NCBI GenBank assembly: GCA_937138395.1
Contig: CAKZPB010000137.1
Location: 13,355 to 77,354 of the forward strand
DNA from: an uncultured Pseudomonadota bacterium
GTDB taxonomy: Bacteria; Pseudomonadota; Gammaproteobacteria; Xanthomonadales; Wenzhouxiangellaceae
Direction: 5' to 3'
DNA: 64,000 nucleotides
Part shown: positions 39,337 to 48,793 of the stretch, in pieces
Numbering within the stretch: position 1 is the first letter of the stretch
How the letters are laid out: each line of letters opens with the position of its first letter
The notes under the pieces: generated by a model
The model's database searches: none
Seen by the model: the letters and a program-made list of their open reading frames with translations, nothing else
Told to the model about the DNA's origin: nothing
Translations under genes and position numbers: made by a program

Positions 39337-39663
39337 ATGAGCGATCTGCCCGAAAACGAACAGCAGCAAGGCGACAGCCTGGCGTTACAAGAAGCAAGGC
39401 CCGAAGTCAAAAAACCGCCGTTGTACAAGGTTGTCATCCTCAACGATGACTACACGCCGATGGAGTTTGTTGTCGACGTGTTGCGACGATTTTTCAGCAT
39501 GTCTCAAGACAAGGCCACTCAGGTCATGCTGAACGTGCACACCCGGGGTCGTGGTGTCGCCGGAATCTACACGTTTGAGATCGCTGAAACCAAGGTCATC
39601 ATGGTCAATGATCACGCACGAGAACACGAACATCCATTGCAGTGTACGCTCGAGGAATCGTGA
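39337..39663 (+). CDS. clpS: ATP-dependent Clp protease adaptor ClpS
   Basis: [24 protein letters not shown]...THGRG-like core; 108 aa, upstream of clpA. Confidence 0.95.
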   Translation: MSDLPENEQQQGDSLALQEARPEVKKPPLYKVVILNDDYTPMEFVVDVLRRFFSMSQDKATQVMLNVHTRGRGVAGIYTFEIAETKVIMVNDHAREHEHPLQCTLEES

Positions 39664-39770
39664 TCCACTCCAGGAACCCAATGGCGCTGGTTCGGGTCGG
39701 AATATACAGTACGATAGCGCTCATGGTCATCAGCCCATGATCTCGAACCACGGTCAGGAGAACGCACAAC

Positions 39771-42047
39771 ATGTTTAGCAAGGATCTCGAACTCTCCATA
39801 TCCCAGGCCTATCAGGCAGCCCGTAGCCGCAGACATGAATTTCTGACCGTCGAGCATCTCTTGCTGGCCCTGCTGGAAAATCCGTCTGCACGTTCAGTAC
39901 TGAACGCCTGCAACGTGGATCTGAACGTTCTGGCTGAGTCACTGAAACAGGTACTCGACGAGACCATCCCGGTACTCTCAGCAGGTGACCAACGCGATAC
40001 ACAGCCCACCGTTGGCTTCCAGCGGGTGCTGCAACGCGCGCTGTACCACGTGCAGTCTGCCGAGCGCACTGAAGTGCTCGGCGCCAACGTCTTGGCCGCT
40101 ATTTTCAGTGAGAAGGACTCGCACGCCGTCTACCTGATGAGCAAACTGGACTTGACGCGGCTGGACGTGATCAACTTCATATCGCACGGCATCACCAAGA
40201 CCGATGAACCGATGTCCATCGATCCGGGCATTAGCGAGGATCCGCAGCAGGTCCAGGAGGAAGAAAAGAAGTCGCCGCTGGCCAGTTTTGCCACCAACTT
40301 GAATGAACGCGCACGGGCCGATCGCATCGATCCATTGATTGGCCGTGAAAAGGAAGTCGAACGAACCATTCAGATTCTGTGCCGGCGCCGCAAGAACAAC
40401 CCGCTGTATGTCGGCGAATCCGGCGTCGGCAAGACTGCGCTGGCCGAGGGCTTGGCCTTGCGCATCGTCGAGGGCGATACGCCAGCGGTGCTGCACAACA
40501 CCGAGATCTGGGCGTTGGACCTGGGTGCCTTGTTAGCCGGTACGAAATATCGCGGGGATTTCGAAAAACGCCTGAAAGCGGTCCTGGGCGAGCTGCGTGA
40601 GCGCAATAACGCTGTCCTGTTCATTGATGAAATTCATACCATCATTGGTGCCGGCGCAGCTTCTGGGGGCGTCATGGATGCTTCGAATCTGATCAAACCC
40701 GTTCTGGCCAACGGTGAACTCCGCTGTATTGGTTCAACCACGTTCGAGGAATATCGCGGCGTTTTCGAAAAGGACCGCGCGCTGGCTCGACGTTTCCAGA
40801 AAATCGACATTGTCGAGCCCACCGTGGCCGAAACCATCGAAATTCTAAACGGGTTGAAGCACCGCTTCGAAGAACATCACGGCGTCGAATATCTGCCCGA
40901 GGGGCTTGAGGCCGCTGCAACGCTTTCGGCACGCCATATCAATGACCGGCATCTACCCGATAAGGCCATTGACGTGATTGATGAAGCGGGTGCACGTCAG
41001 CGGCTGATGGAAGAAGAGCAGCGCTCCGATGCCATTGGTGTGACCGAGGTTGAAGATGTGATCGCGCGCATGGCGCGCATTCCGCCCAGACAGGTTTCGC
41101 GATCCGACAGGGATGCATTGAAGACTCTCGAGCGAGATCTGAAAATGACCGTATTTGGTCAGGACCAGGCCATCAAGACATTGTCCTCGGCCATCAAGAT
41201 GGCGCGTTCGGGATTGGTCGATCAGGATCGCCCGATCGGTTCCTACTTGTTTTCCGGTCCTACCGGGGTTGGCAAGACCGAAGTCACGCGTCAGCTTGCG
41301 TTGACCATGGGCATCGAATTGATCCGTTTCGACATGTCGGAATACATGGAAGCGCACACGGTATCGCGACTGGTTGGTGCTCCACCGGGCTATGTCGGGT
41401 TCGATCGCGGCGGCCTTCTGACCGAAGCGGTGACCCAGAATCCACATGCAGTCCTGTTACTGGATGAAATTGAAAAGGCCCACCCGGATGTCTACAACTT
41501 GCTGCTACAGGTGATGGACCATGGCCAGTTGACTGACGCGAACGGACGAAAGGCCGATTTCCGCAATGTCATCATCGTGATGACGACGAATGCAGGGGCC
41601 ATTGATATCAGTCGCCGAATGATCGGCTTCACCGACAGTGATCGGGAAAGCGACAGCATGGAAGCCATACGCCGCCAGTTCACGCCGGAATTCAGGAATC
41701 GGCTGGACGCGGTCATCCAGTTCAGCCCGCTTTCGTTGGACGTCATTTTGCAGGTCGTCGATAAATTCATCATGGAGCTGGAAAACCAGCTGGCGGACCG
41801 CAACGTGCATCTGGAAATCAACGTCGAAGCGCGCAAGTGGCTTGCGGAACATGGCTTTGATCCGGCCATGGGCGCACGTCCGATGAAGCGGGTTATTCAG
41901 GAACAGATCAAACAGCCGTTGGCCGACGCGCTGCTGTTTGGCCAGCTTGGGGAAGAGGGCGGAACGCTGAAAATCGAACTGGAAGAAAGTGGCGAACGCC
42001 TGAAGCTGATTTACCCGGAGCCGGCAGAATCCATTCTCGAGGAATGA
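39771..42047 (+). CDS. clpA: ATP-dependent Clp protease ATP-binding subunit ClpA
   Basis: Clp N-domain and two AAA+ modules ([18 protein letters not shown]). 758 aa. Confidence 0.96.
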   Translation: MFSKDLELSISQAYQAARSRRHEFLTVEHLLLALLENPSARSVLNACNVDLNVLAESLKQVLDETIPVLSAGDQRDTQPTVGFQRVLQRALYHVQSAERTEVLGANVLAAIFSEKDSHAVYLMSKLDLTRLDVINFISHGITKTDEPMSIDPGISEDPQQVQEEEKKSPLASFATNLNERARADRIDPLIGREKEVERTIQILCRRRKNNPLYVGESGVGKTALAEGLALRIVEGDTPAVLHNTEIWALDLGALLAGTKYRGDFEKRLKAVLGELRERNNAVLFIDEIHTIIGAGAASGGVMDASNLIKPVLANGELRCIGSTTFEEYRGVFEKDRALARRFQKIDIVEPTVAETIEILNGLKHRFEEHHGVEYLPEGLEAAATLSARHINDRHLPDKAIDVIDEAGARQRLMEEEQRSDAIGVTEVEDVIARMARIPPRQVSRSDRDALKTLERDLKMTVFGQDQAIKTLSSAIKMARSGLVDQDRPIGSYLFSGPTGVGKTEVTRQLALTMGIELIRFDMSEYMEAHTVSRLVGAPPGYVGFDRGGLLTEAVTQNPHAVLLLDEIEKAHPDVYNLLLQVMDHGQLTDANGRKADFRNVIIVMTTNAGAIDISRRMIGFTDSDRESDSMEAIRRQFTPEFRNRLDAVIQFSPLSLDVILQVVDKFIMELENQLADRNVHLEINVEARKWLAEHGFDPAMGARPMKRVIQEQIKQPLADALLFGQLGEEGGTLKIELEESGERLKLIYPEPAESILEE

Positions 42048-42143
42048 ATCAACGTCGCTGCCGGCCAGGGAATTTCTGTACCGCGTGGCTCGGTCAAGCT
42101 TGCACAGCGTGATTCAGTGGTGCCCTTGGCGGCACCGGGCAGT

Positions 42144-42362
42144 CTATTTCATTCGATAGGTGATACGACCCTTACTCAGATCGTAGGGGGTCATTTCAAC
42201 CTTGACGCGATCACCGGTCAGAATCCGGATGTAATGTTTGCGCATGCGCCCGGAAATATGCGCGGTGATCGTGTGGCCATTGTCCAGCTCGACGCGGAAC
42301 ATGGTATTGGGCAGCGTTTCCAGCACGCGGCCTTCCATTTCGATTTGTTCGTCTTTTGCCAT
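42144..42362 (-). CDS. infA: Translation initiation factor IF-1
   Basis: [30 protein letters not shown]...; 72 aa. Confidence 0.97.
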   Translation of the reverse strand: MAKDEQIEMEGRVLETLPNTMFRVELDNGHTITAHISGRMRKHYIRILTGDRVKVEMTPYDLSKGRITYRMK

Positions 42363-42470
42363 GGGTCTCCATAGATCTGGCGTTTAACAGCGCGCTATTG
42401 TGCCACTATCCCGTGCTGATTTGGTGGATACTCTCCAGCAGCCGACTTTCGCACAGCAAGCAGCCTGCCG

Positions 42471-45080
42471 TTATTCCGGCCTATGGCCAGGGTAGCGCAA
42501 CTGCTCGCTCCTGAAACCGTCGGCAAATCGATAGTACAGCCGCTGCACAGGACGGCCCTCACGCTCGATGATGCGCATTTCAAGCGGCCCCAATCCGATC
42601 AATGCGCCTCCGAGCCATGGCGCGTTGATCAGTTTGGGCTCGTGGTGTATCAGGATCACGGGTCGATCCGGTGATTGACTTGAATCGAACCAGCGCTCCC
42701 ATTGAGATCCACCCAGCCCGACCAGGTTCCTCGCCGTGATGTTATCGACCCTGCCATCCACATCATGAAAGCTGAGCGCGGCTGACACCCCCCATTTGGC
42801 CATGCCGGCCACGATCGGCCGCTGGCCCGTCTGTCGTTCGACCTCGACTTCCAACTCATACACCGCCTGGGCAATTTCAGGCCATCCAAGATAGCCCAGT
42901 CGATATTCCTTGATCGGTACCGCTGGCAACCCCTGAGTGACGTGCTGAAGTCCCAGCCCGAATGCGATCAAGGTCGCTGGTAGCGCTGCAGGCCAGAGCC
43001 GCCGAAGTCCATTCAAGAATGGACGGATACGGGCATCGACCAGTCCATGTGATGCACTATAAATAGTGCAGGCAATCAACGGAAGCAACCCCAGCCAAAT
43101 CGGCATGACCCAGTGAAACTTGGTTGAAGTCAGTGTGCCAAACAGCGCAAGAAAAGCCAGCGGAACCAGCGTGAAGACGAGCATGAACTGGCGTTTCCGT
43201 GCATCATGAATCAGCTGCTTGCGCACCGGGCCCAGTGCATACAGCGCAGCAATACCGGCCAGTGGTGCGAGCATGACCAGCGTGTGAAAAACCAACCAGT
43301 GGCTGCTGAAGCGGGCGTCCTCATCGATTCGACGGGTGGTCTGAAATACAAACGAAGCCCAGTCATTCTGGTAGTTCCAAATCAGCACCGGTGAAACCAG
43401 TAACACGGCGAAAAAGCCGGCCAGCCAGGTCCGCCAATTCCACAACCAGTGGCGCAAGCCGGGCTGAATCAGAATCAACAGCAACGCAGCCGGTGCCAGA
43501 AAAGCGATGGTGTATTTCGACAGCATGCCAAGACCCATGCCCAATGAAGCCAGAACCCAGCCGTCGGACCGGTTCTGGATGAAGACCCGCTGAAAACCCA
43601 GCAGGGCCGTAAGCCATGCAACCAGTTGAGGCGCATCCGTGATCATCAAAAACCCACTGGCAAACCATGCCGGCACGACCGCAATCAACATCGCACATAA
43701 CAGGCCCGTGGTTTTGTCGACCATGGCCTTCCCATAGTAATAGGCCAGCACGACGGCCAGCGGCATCAGCAGCAGCTGCAGCAAACGGACACCCAGCGGC
43801 GTATCGCCTGCGAGGGCTGAACCGATGGCAATCAGCCATGCTGTCAACGGCGGATGATCCAGATAAGACAGGGCAGGGTACAGGTTGTACGTCCAGTAGT
43901 ACATCTCATCAAAAATCAAATCGGCCTGTGGCAAGTACAAGCTCCGTAACAGCAACGACAGGCCAATCAGTGCCAGCGCAGCCAAGTGCCAGCGCGCTCG
44001 AGAATTCAGCGGTGCATGCCGGTCTGGAAACACGTAGAAGATTGCCGCAAGCCAGAGCACGCCGACGCCTGCCATGCTGGCCAAACCGGAGGCGATGGCC
44101 GGGCCAGCATTTTCCAGCAGCGTGTAAACAGGCGCGCGCACCGCCCAGGCCAGCCCGACGGCAATCAGCAAACGAATACTCCAATACCGGGTGGACCGGT
44201 CGACCACACCGAAGCGAGTCAGAAACAGCCACGCAAACAGCACAACCGCTGGCACGAAACCCAGCATCTGTGCTTGATTATCTGGCAAAGCCAGAGAGCC
44301 CAGTATGCGTACCGCAGCCAGGTCCACAAGGCAGCAGAGCATCAGGACCATCATCATGATTCCGGCTTTGCCGGCATAGTCCTGGGCGCCGGCAAAAATC
44401 GATAGTCGCCGCACGAAAAGCCATTGGATCGCAGCCGTCATTTTTGAAGCCCCGGCATCGCGATCGGTAAACCAGAATGGAACCTCAAGCACTTCGGGTT
44501 CCGGCGTTGTTCGAATCAACAATTCAAGCAGAATCTTGTAGCCGACCCGTTCGACCGGAAGCTCCAGAAGACGATCACGCCGGGTTGCAAACAGGCCCGA
44601 CATCGGGTCTGTTACCGACGTGAATGGCCAGGCCAGCAGTGATGCAACGCGCGAAACCCAGCGTCGCCAGAGCGGCCAATCCCTGATACCACCACCTGCT
44701 GTATGTCGACTGCCAACCGTGATATCGGCTCGACCGTCCATCAACGGTTGAATCAGTTCGGGAATGAGCTCGACCGGGTGACTGCCGTCGGCGTCCATGA
44801 CGAGGACCCACTGACCATGTGCCATTCGAGCGGCTTCCAGCACCGAAGCACTCAAATCGGGGCGGCCTGTGCGCTGCAGCAGCCGAACCGGAAGCCTGGC
44901 TTGCCGGTCACGGACCTCGGATACGGTGTGATCGCCGGATGCATCGTCGGCAACGATGATTTCGAACCGGCCACGAATCGACTCGATCTGCTCGATCCGG
45001 TCAAGCAACCGACCGATCGTATCGCCTTCGTTCAGGGTGGGCACGATGATACTGAATAACGGTGCCGTACCGGATTTCAC
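42471..45080 (-). CDS. Fusion protein: N-terminal GT2 polyprenyl-phosphate sugar synthase-like domain, then multi-TM PMT/ArnT-like (GT39/GT83-type) glycosyltransferase, then a C-terminal soluble domain
   Basis: FSIIVPTLNEGDTI...IIVADDASGDHT...VMDADGSHP (GT2/DPM1/ArnC-like). Then more than 10 predicted TM segments, with a loop DE motif (LIFDEMYYWTY) and YLDHPPLTAWL (PMT_2/ArnT-like). Confidence 0.75.
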   Translation of the reverse strand: MKSGTAPLFSIIVPTLNEGDTIGRLLDRIEQIESIRGRFEIIVADDASGDHTVSEVRDRQARLPVRLLQRTGRPDLSASVLEAARMAHGQWVLVMDADGSHPVELIPELIQPLMDGRADITVGSRHTAGGGIRDWPLWRRWVSRVASLLAWPFTSVTDPMSGLFATRRDRLLELPVERVGYKILLELLIRTTPEPEVLEVPFWFTDRDAGASKMTAAIQWLFVRRLSIFAGAQDYAGKAGIMMMVLMLCCLVDLAAVRILGSLALPDNQAQMLGFVPAVVLFAWLFLTRFGVVDRSTRYWSIRLLIAVGLAWAVRAPVYTLLENAGPAIASGLASMAGVGVLWLAAIFYVFPDRHAPLNSRARWHLAALALIGLSLLLRSLYLPQADLIFDEMYYWTYNLYPALSYLDHPPLTAWLIAIGSALAGDTPLGVRLLQLLLMPLAVVLAYYYGKAMVDKTTGLLCAMLIAVVPAWFASGFLMITDAPQLVAWLTALLGFQRVFIQNRSDGWVLASLGMGLGMLSKYTIAFLAPAALLLILIQPGLRHWLWNWRTWLAGFFAVLLVSPVLIWNYQNDWASFVFQTTRRIDEDARFSSHWLVFHTLVMLAPLAGIAALYALGPVRKQLIHDARKRQFMLVFTLVPLAFLALFGTLTSTKFHWVMPIWLGLLPLIACTIYSASHGLVDARIRPFLNGLRRLWPAALPATLIAFGLGLQHVTQGLPAVPIKEYRLGYLGWPEIAQAVYELEVEVERQTGQRPIVAGMAKWGVSAALSFHDVDGRVDNITARNLVGLGGSQWERWFDSSQSPDRPVILIHHEPKLINAPWLGGALIGLGPLEMRIIEREGRPVQRLYYRFADGFRSEQLRYPGHRPE

Positions 45081-45204
45081 AATGACAACTCAACAAATGG
45101 GGTTTAGCGGCCTGAACAGGATTCAAACCGGGAAGATCAAGCGTATGATTTTACCTGAGCGACTGCTACAAGGGAATTGTTCGATCATTAATTGCGAATT
45201 ATGC

Positions 45205-45232
45205 TTGACAGATAATTTTCAACTTATAAAAT
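45205..45232 (+). promoter_or_regulatory. Sigma-70 promoter for the tRNA cluster
   Basis: TTGACA (45205-45210), 16-nt spacer, TAAAAT (45227-45232). tRNA-Gly starts 13 nt downstream. Confidence 0.55.
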
Positions 45233-45244
45233 GATGGGCTGATT

Positions 45245-45320
<76 letters not shown>

Positions 45321-45330
45321 GTTTCAAGCA

Positions 45331-45359
45331 AACCCCGGTGGCGATGCCTCCGGGGTTTT
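45331..45359 (+). terminator. Hairpin plus T-run after tRNA-Gly
   Basis: AACCCCGG/CCGGGGTT 8-bp stem (45331-45338 / 45350-45357), followed by TT. Confidence 0.5.
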
Positions 45360-45471
45360 CAGTATCAGGTGCAAAGCCGCGGGGAAATTCAACCCGGTAT
45401 TGTTGCCCAATGAAATGACTCCAGGCTCAATTGGGGTTAGAATCTGGCTGTACGAGTAAAACCTGTCCCAT

Positions 45472-45545
45472 GGCTAGGTGGCAGAGTGGTTATGCAGCGG
45501 CCTGCAAAGCCGCGGACCTCGGTTCGATTCCGGGCCTAGCCTCCA
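45472..45545 (+). tRNA. tRNA-Cys (anticodon GCA)
   Basis: Acceptor GGCTAGG/CCTAGCC, anticodon loop CTGCAAA, T-loop TTCGATT, encoded CCA. Confidence 0.92.
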
Positions 45546-45583
45546 TTTTCATGGTTACACCCCGACGTCGGATCTTTTCATCA

Positions 45584-45670
45584 GCCCGGGTGGTGGAATT
45601 GGTAGACACAAGGGACTTAAAATCCCTCGGCTTAACGGCCGTGCCGGTTCGATTCCGGCCCCGGGCACCA
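45584..45670 (+). tRNA. tRNA-Leu (anticodon TAA), class II with long variable arm
   Basis: Acceptor GCCCGGG/CCCGGGC, anticodon loop CTTAAAA, long variable arm CGGCTTAACGGCCGT, T-loop TTCGATT, encoded CCA. Confidence 0.92.
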
Positions 45671-45704
45671 TTCCAATCGATCAGAGATATCGAGGGCCGC
45701 CGGC

Positions 45705-46949
45705 ATGACAATCCCCATCCAGCTGAATTCAGAAATCGGTCGACTCGAAACCGTCGTCGTGCACACGCCGGGCCAGGAGTTGGAAAACATGACGCCGGAC
45801 ACGGCGGCAGAAGTGCTGTATGACGATATCCTGAATCTACAGCTGGCGTTGCGCGAGCATCAGCAGCTGACCGGCGTGCTGGGCAACATCGCACGCGTCA
45901 TCGAATTCAGCTCGCTGCTTGCCGAAGTGGTGAAAAAAGACCGGGTTCGAAGGGCGCTGATTGAGGAATTATGCCGCCTGTTTGAATGTCCGGAAATGAT
46001 CGGCGAGCTCGTGGATATGCCGGCCGATGCCTTGGCCAGTCAATTGATTCAGGGCACGCCCAAGCGCACGGATAGCCTGGAAAAATACCTCGATCCATCG
46101 CGCTATGCGATACCACCGTTGCCCAACACGTTCTTTACGCGTGATGCCACCATGTGCCTCAATGACCGGATCATTATTGGTTCGATGGCGTATCGTGCCC
46201 GCGTCGCCGAAGCGTTGCTCTTGAAAGCCGTATTCAAATACCACCCGGCGCTGGCCAGCCGCGGATTTTATTTTGATGGCACAGACAGCCCGAATGCGGA
46301 TGTCACCATTGAAGGCGGTGATTTGCTGGTTATCCGCGAAAACCTGGTCGTCATCGGCTACAGCGAGCGCACCTCGGTCGCCGGCATCGATCGACTGATG
46401 CGCGCTATTGCCAGCCAGGGTCCTGTGACCGATTTCGTTATCGTCGAGATCCCGAAAACCAGGGCCACGATTCATCTGGACATGATTTTTACCATGGTTG
46501 ATCGGGATGCCTGCGTGGTGTTTCCGCCGCTGATTACAGGATCACAGCACTGCAAGGCCTTTCACTGTCGTTTTGACAACGGCCAGGGCGCTCGCATCAG
46601 GGAATATCCAAAAGTGCTTGAAGCGCTAGCAACGCTCGATGTGGATCTCGAGCCGATCGCCTGCGGTGGACCGGATACCTTCAATCAGGAGCGTGAACAA
46701 TGGGCCAGCGGCGCCAATTTCTTTGCATTCGGACCGGGCCAGATTATCGGCTACGGGCATAATCTGCATACGCTTGAAGCGCTGTCCGACGCCGGATTTC
46801 AGATTGTCGACTCCAACCAGGTCACTCAGGGCGACCAGCCACTGCCGGAAGAAGGACGTGTAGCAGTTAGCATCGACGGCGCTGAACTCAGCCGCGGCGG
46901 TGGTGGTTGCCGCTGCATGACCATGCCGCTGGCTCGACAGGCCCTGTAA
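45705..46949 (+). CDS. arcA: Arginine deiminase
   Basis: N-terminal SEIGRLETVVVHTPGQE, FTRD, and C-terminal catalytic Cys context GGGGCRCMTMPL. 414 aa. Confidence 0.9.
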   Translation: MTIPIQLNSEIGRLETVVVHTPGQELENMTPDTAAEVLYDDILNLQLALREHQQLTGVLGNIARVIEFSSLLAEVVKKDRVRRALIEELCRLFECPEMIGELVDMPADALASQLIQGTPKRTDSLEKYLDPSRYAIPPLPNTFFTRDATMCLNDRIIIGSMAYRARVAEALLLKAVFKYHPALASRGFYFDGTDSPNADVTIEGGDLLVIRENLVVIGYSERTSVAGIDRLMRAIASQGPVTDFVIVEIPKTRATIHLDMIFTMVDRDACVVFPPLITGSQHCKAFHCRFDNGQGARIREYPKVLEALATLDVDLEPIACGGPDTFNQEREQWASGANFFAFGPGQIIGYGHNLHTLEALSDAGFQIVDSNQVTQGDQPLPEEGRVAVSIDGAELSRGGGGCRCMTMPLARQAL

Positions 46950-47118
46950 ACCGATCAAGCTGCAGAATGCAGTCAGATCTGGTCTATATCACGCCAAAAC
47001 TTCATTTTTATTCTTGAATGTTTCTATAAATAATTGTTTAATAACATTATTTTCATTCAATTAACCATAAGCAATTCCTATAGGCATGCACAGATAGGTC
47101 ACATGGATATCACTCAAT

Positions 47119-47146
47119 ATTTAACATAATATACATTATGCGAACT
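47119..47146. other. dif: dif, the XerC/XerD chromosome dimer resolution site
   Basis: The reverse complement reads AGTTCGCATAA-TGTATA-TTATGTTAAAT, against E. coli dif GGTGCGCATAA-TGTATA-TTATGTTAAAT. The XerD arm and central hexamer are identical, and the XerC arm matches 8/11. Lies in an AT-rich intergenic region. Confidence 0.85.
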
Positions 47147-47344
47147 ATAAAAATAATCGATGTCCAAGTAATCAATGAATCGATTCGCCTCCGAAGGGTC
47201 GTTGGACTGGTGTATGTAGACCACGACCTATTCCAATCGGGTGGTTTTTCATTCAGTTCGAGACCGCGGTTGGTAACTCGAGGGGTTCACGATGAGGAGG
47301 TTCTCTTATAGACTGGTTGCCATTCAACGCTTGAGAGGAATCTC

Positions 47345-47563
47345 ATGGACCGAAAAGAATTAATCAACGCGCTGTTTGAGGAATTCGACACGAACAACGA
47401 TGGCGTCATTTCACGCGGTGAATTTATTGGTCTGATCGACTGCCTGCTTGGAACGCATGGGGTCAAGACTCGATCAGAAATATTCAACGAGTTCGACGAA
47501 AACCATGACAACGTGATCTCGCGCGATGAGCTGGTCAATCTGGTGATTGAGTACGCAATCTGA
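47345..47563 (+). CDS. Small EF-hand calcium-binding protein (two canonical EF loops, 72 aa)
   Basis: Loops DTNNDGVISRGE and DENHDNVISRDE fit DxNxDGxIxxxE. GAGAGGA Shine-Dalgarno sequence upstream. GC looks lower than neighbouring genes. Confidence 0.7.
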   Translation: MDRKELINALFEEFDTNNDGVISRGEFIGLIDCLLGTHGVKTRSEIFNEFDENHDNVISRDELVNLVIEYAI

Positions 47564-47718
47564 ATACCTGTTGCAGTTCAACACCGTAAGCGCAGGCGCG
47601 CTGATCACCCGACCGTTAACACGCGTCGCGTAATCGGATCGATCACCATTGAAAAGCCATACTGGCATCCTTTCCAACGTCTTGCCTAAGCTCCCAATCC
47701 GGTCATCAAGCCTGAGCA

Positions 47719-48060
47719 CTAGCTATTGATCGAGTCATTGGCCCGGGCTTTGGGCTGAACCGGGCCCAACCGGTCGCTGCCGGAAACTTCGCCGACATGG
47801 CTGTGCGTATCGACCAGCCCCTTCATGATGACATGTGCAGCCGTCGATCAATGACGTCTGCGTGCGCAGCGATATGGACCGATCCCCGCTTGCTGGCCGC
47901 TTGAATCTTTTCGTCGGTAACCACCAAGGGACCATCCGACAATACTGGTCAATCGATTTGAGTCAATTTCGAACTCAGCCATACCCTGCTCTCCGAAAAG
48001 CAGCGCTTTGGCAGATGCAGAAAAAACAATAGGGCAAGAATAACAACTGAACGAATCCAT
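47719..48060 (-). pseudogene. Frameshifted, 3'-truncated amidohydrolase (COG1228-type metal-dependent hydrolase) fragment
   Basis: My hand translation of the minus strand gives ...VVTDEKIQAASKRGSVHIAAHADVIDRRLH in one frame, then VIMKGLVDTHSHVGEVSGSDRLGPVQPKARANDSINS* in another. This matches the N-terminal pattern dGkI..vG....a.vID..G..vmPGlID.H.H of the family. The rest of the gene is absent. Confidence 0.55.
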
Positions 48061-48208
48061 TACGACGGCGAGGCCAACGTCTTCGGTATCAGGGTCGTTG
48101 CGCGATGGCAGATACAACGATAAGCATCAATTTCCTCTTGGGCTGCCTAAGAATTTCAGGATATTTGATCTGGACGACTGCCCTACTCTGCCACAAAGAG
48201 GTGCTTCG

Positions 48209-48793
48209 ATGAATACAAGAAATACAATGTTGCCCGAGCTGGTCCCGATCATCGGTTGTTTGCTGGTAGCGCTAGCGTATGGCGATCAACCACCACAGAA
48301 TAACGAACCACAGTGCGCCGGTGACGGTTCGCCCTGGCGAGACTTTGACTTTTTTATCGGTGACTGGGACGTGATCGACCCGGACAGCGGCCAGCGCTAT
48401 GGGCGCAACACGCTGGTCATGAGTGAACAAGGCTGTCTATTAATGGGTCGATGGGTCAATATCAACGGCGGCACAGGAACCAGCATGAACTTCTATGACC
48501 CGCTGAAAAAACAATGGCGGCAAATCTGGCAAAGTGCGCCGGCCATGACCGATCAAACCGGTGGGCTGGATGATCAGGGCCGCATGCAGATGGAAGGTCA
48601 GATCTATTACCACGCGACCGGCCTGAGGGCTCCGTTCAGGGGCACCTGGAGTCCGATCGGTCCCGATCGCTTCCTACAGGAATTCTGGCAGTATGATGTC
48701 GCTGAAGATCAGTGGAACTTGTGGTTCCGCGGAGAATACAGACGAATCGACGAGCCATCCAGTGACGAAAGGGGCATGGAGAATGCTCCATGA
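48209..48793 (+). CDS. Secreted hypothetical protein, tandem paralog 1
   Basis: Signal peptide, then conserved core PWRDFDFFIGDW...GCL...GTSMNFYDPLKKQWRQIWQ...GGLDDQGRM...APFRGTW...QEFWQ. AGAGG Shine-Dalgarno sequence before Met 48209. Confidence 0.7.
   Translation: MNTRNTMLPELVPIIGCLLVALAYGDQPPQNNEPQCAGDGSPWRDFDFFIGDWDVIDPDSGQRYGRNTLVMSEQGCLLMGRWVNINGGTGTSMNFYDPLKKQWRQIWQSAPAMTDQTGGLDDQGRMQMEGQIYYHATGLRAPFRGTWSPIGPDRFLQEFWQYDVAEDQWNLWFRGEYRRIDEPSSDERGMENAP

Noticed and set aside
42119-42136. Hairpin GGTGCC-CTTGGC-GGCACC between convergent clpA and infA, as a terminator
   Set aside because: It has only a 6-bp stem and no U-run on either strand, which is not enough to call.
45431-45894. ORFs of 76-134 aa on both strands overlapping the tRNA-Cys and tRNA-Leu region
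   Set aside because: They run straight through two well-folded tRNA genes and are spurious.
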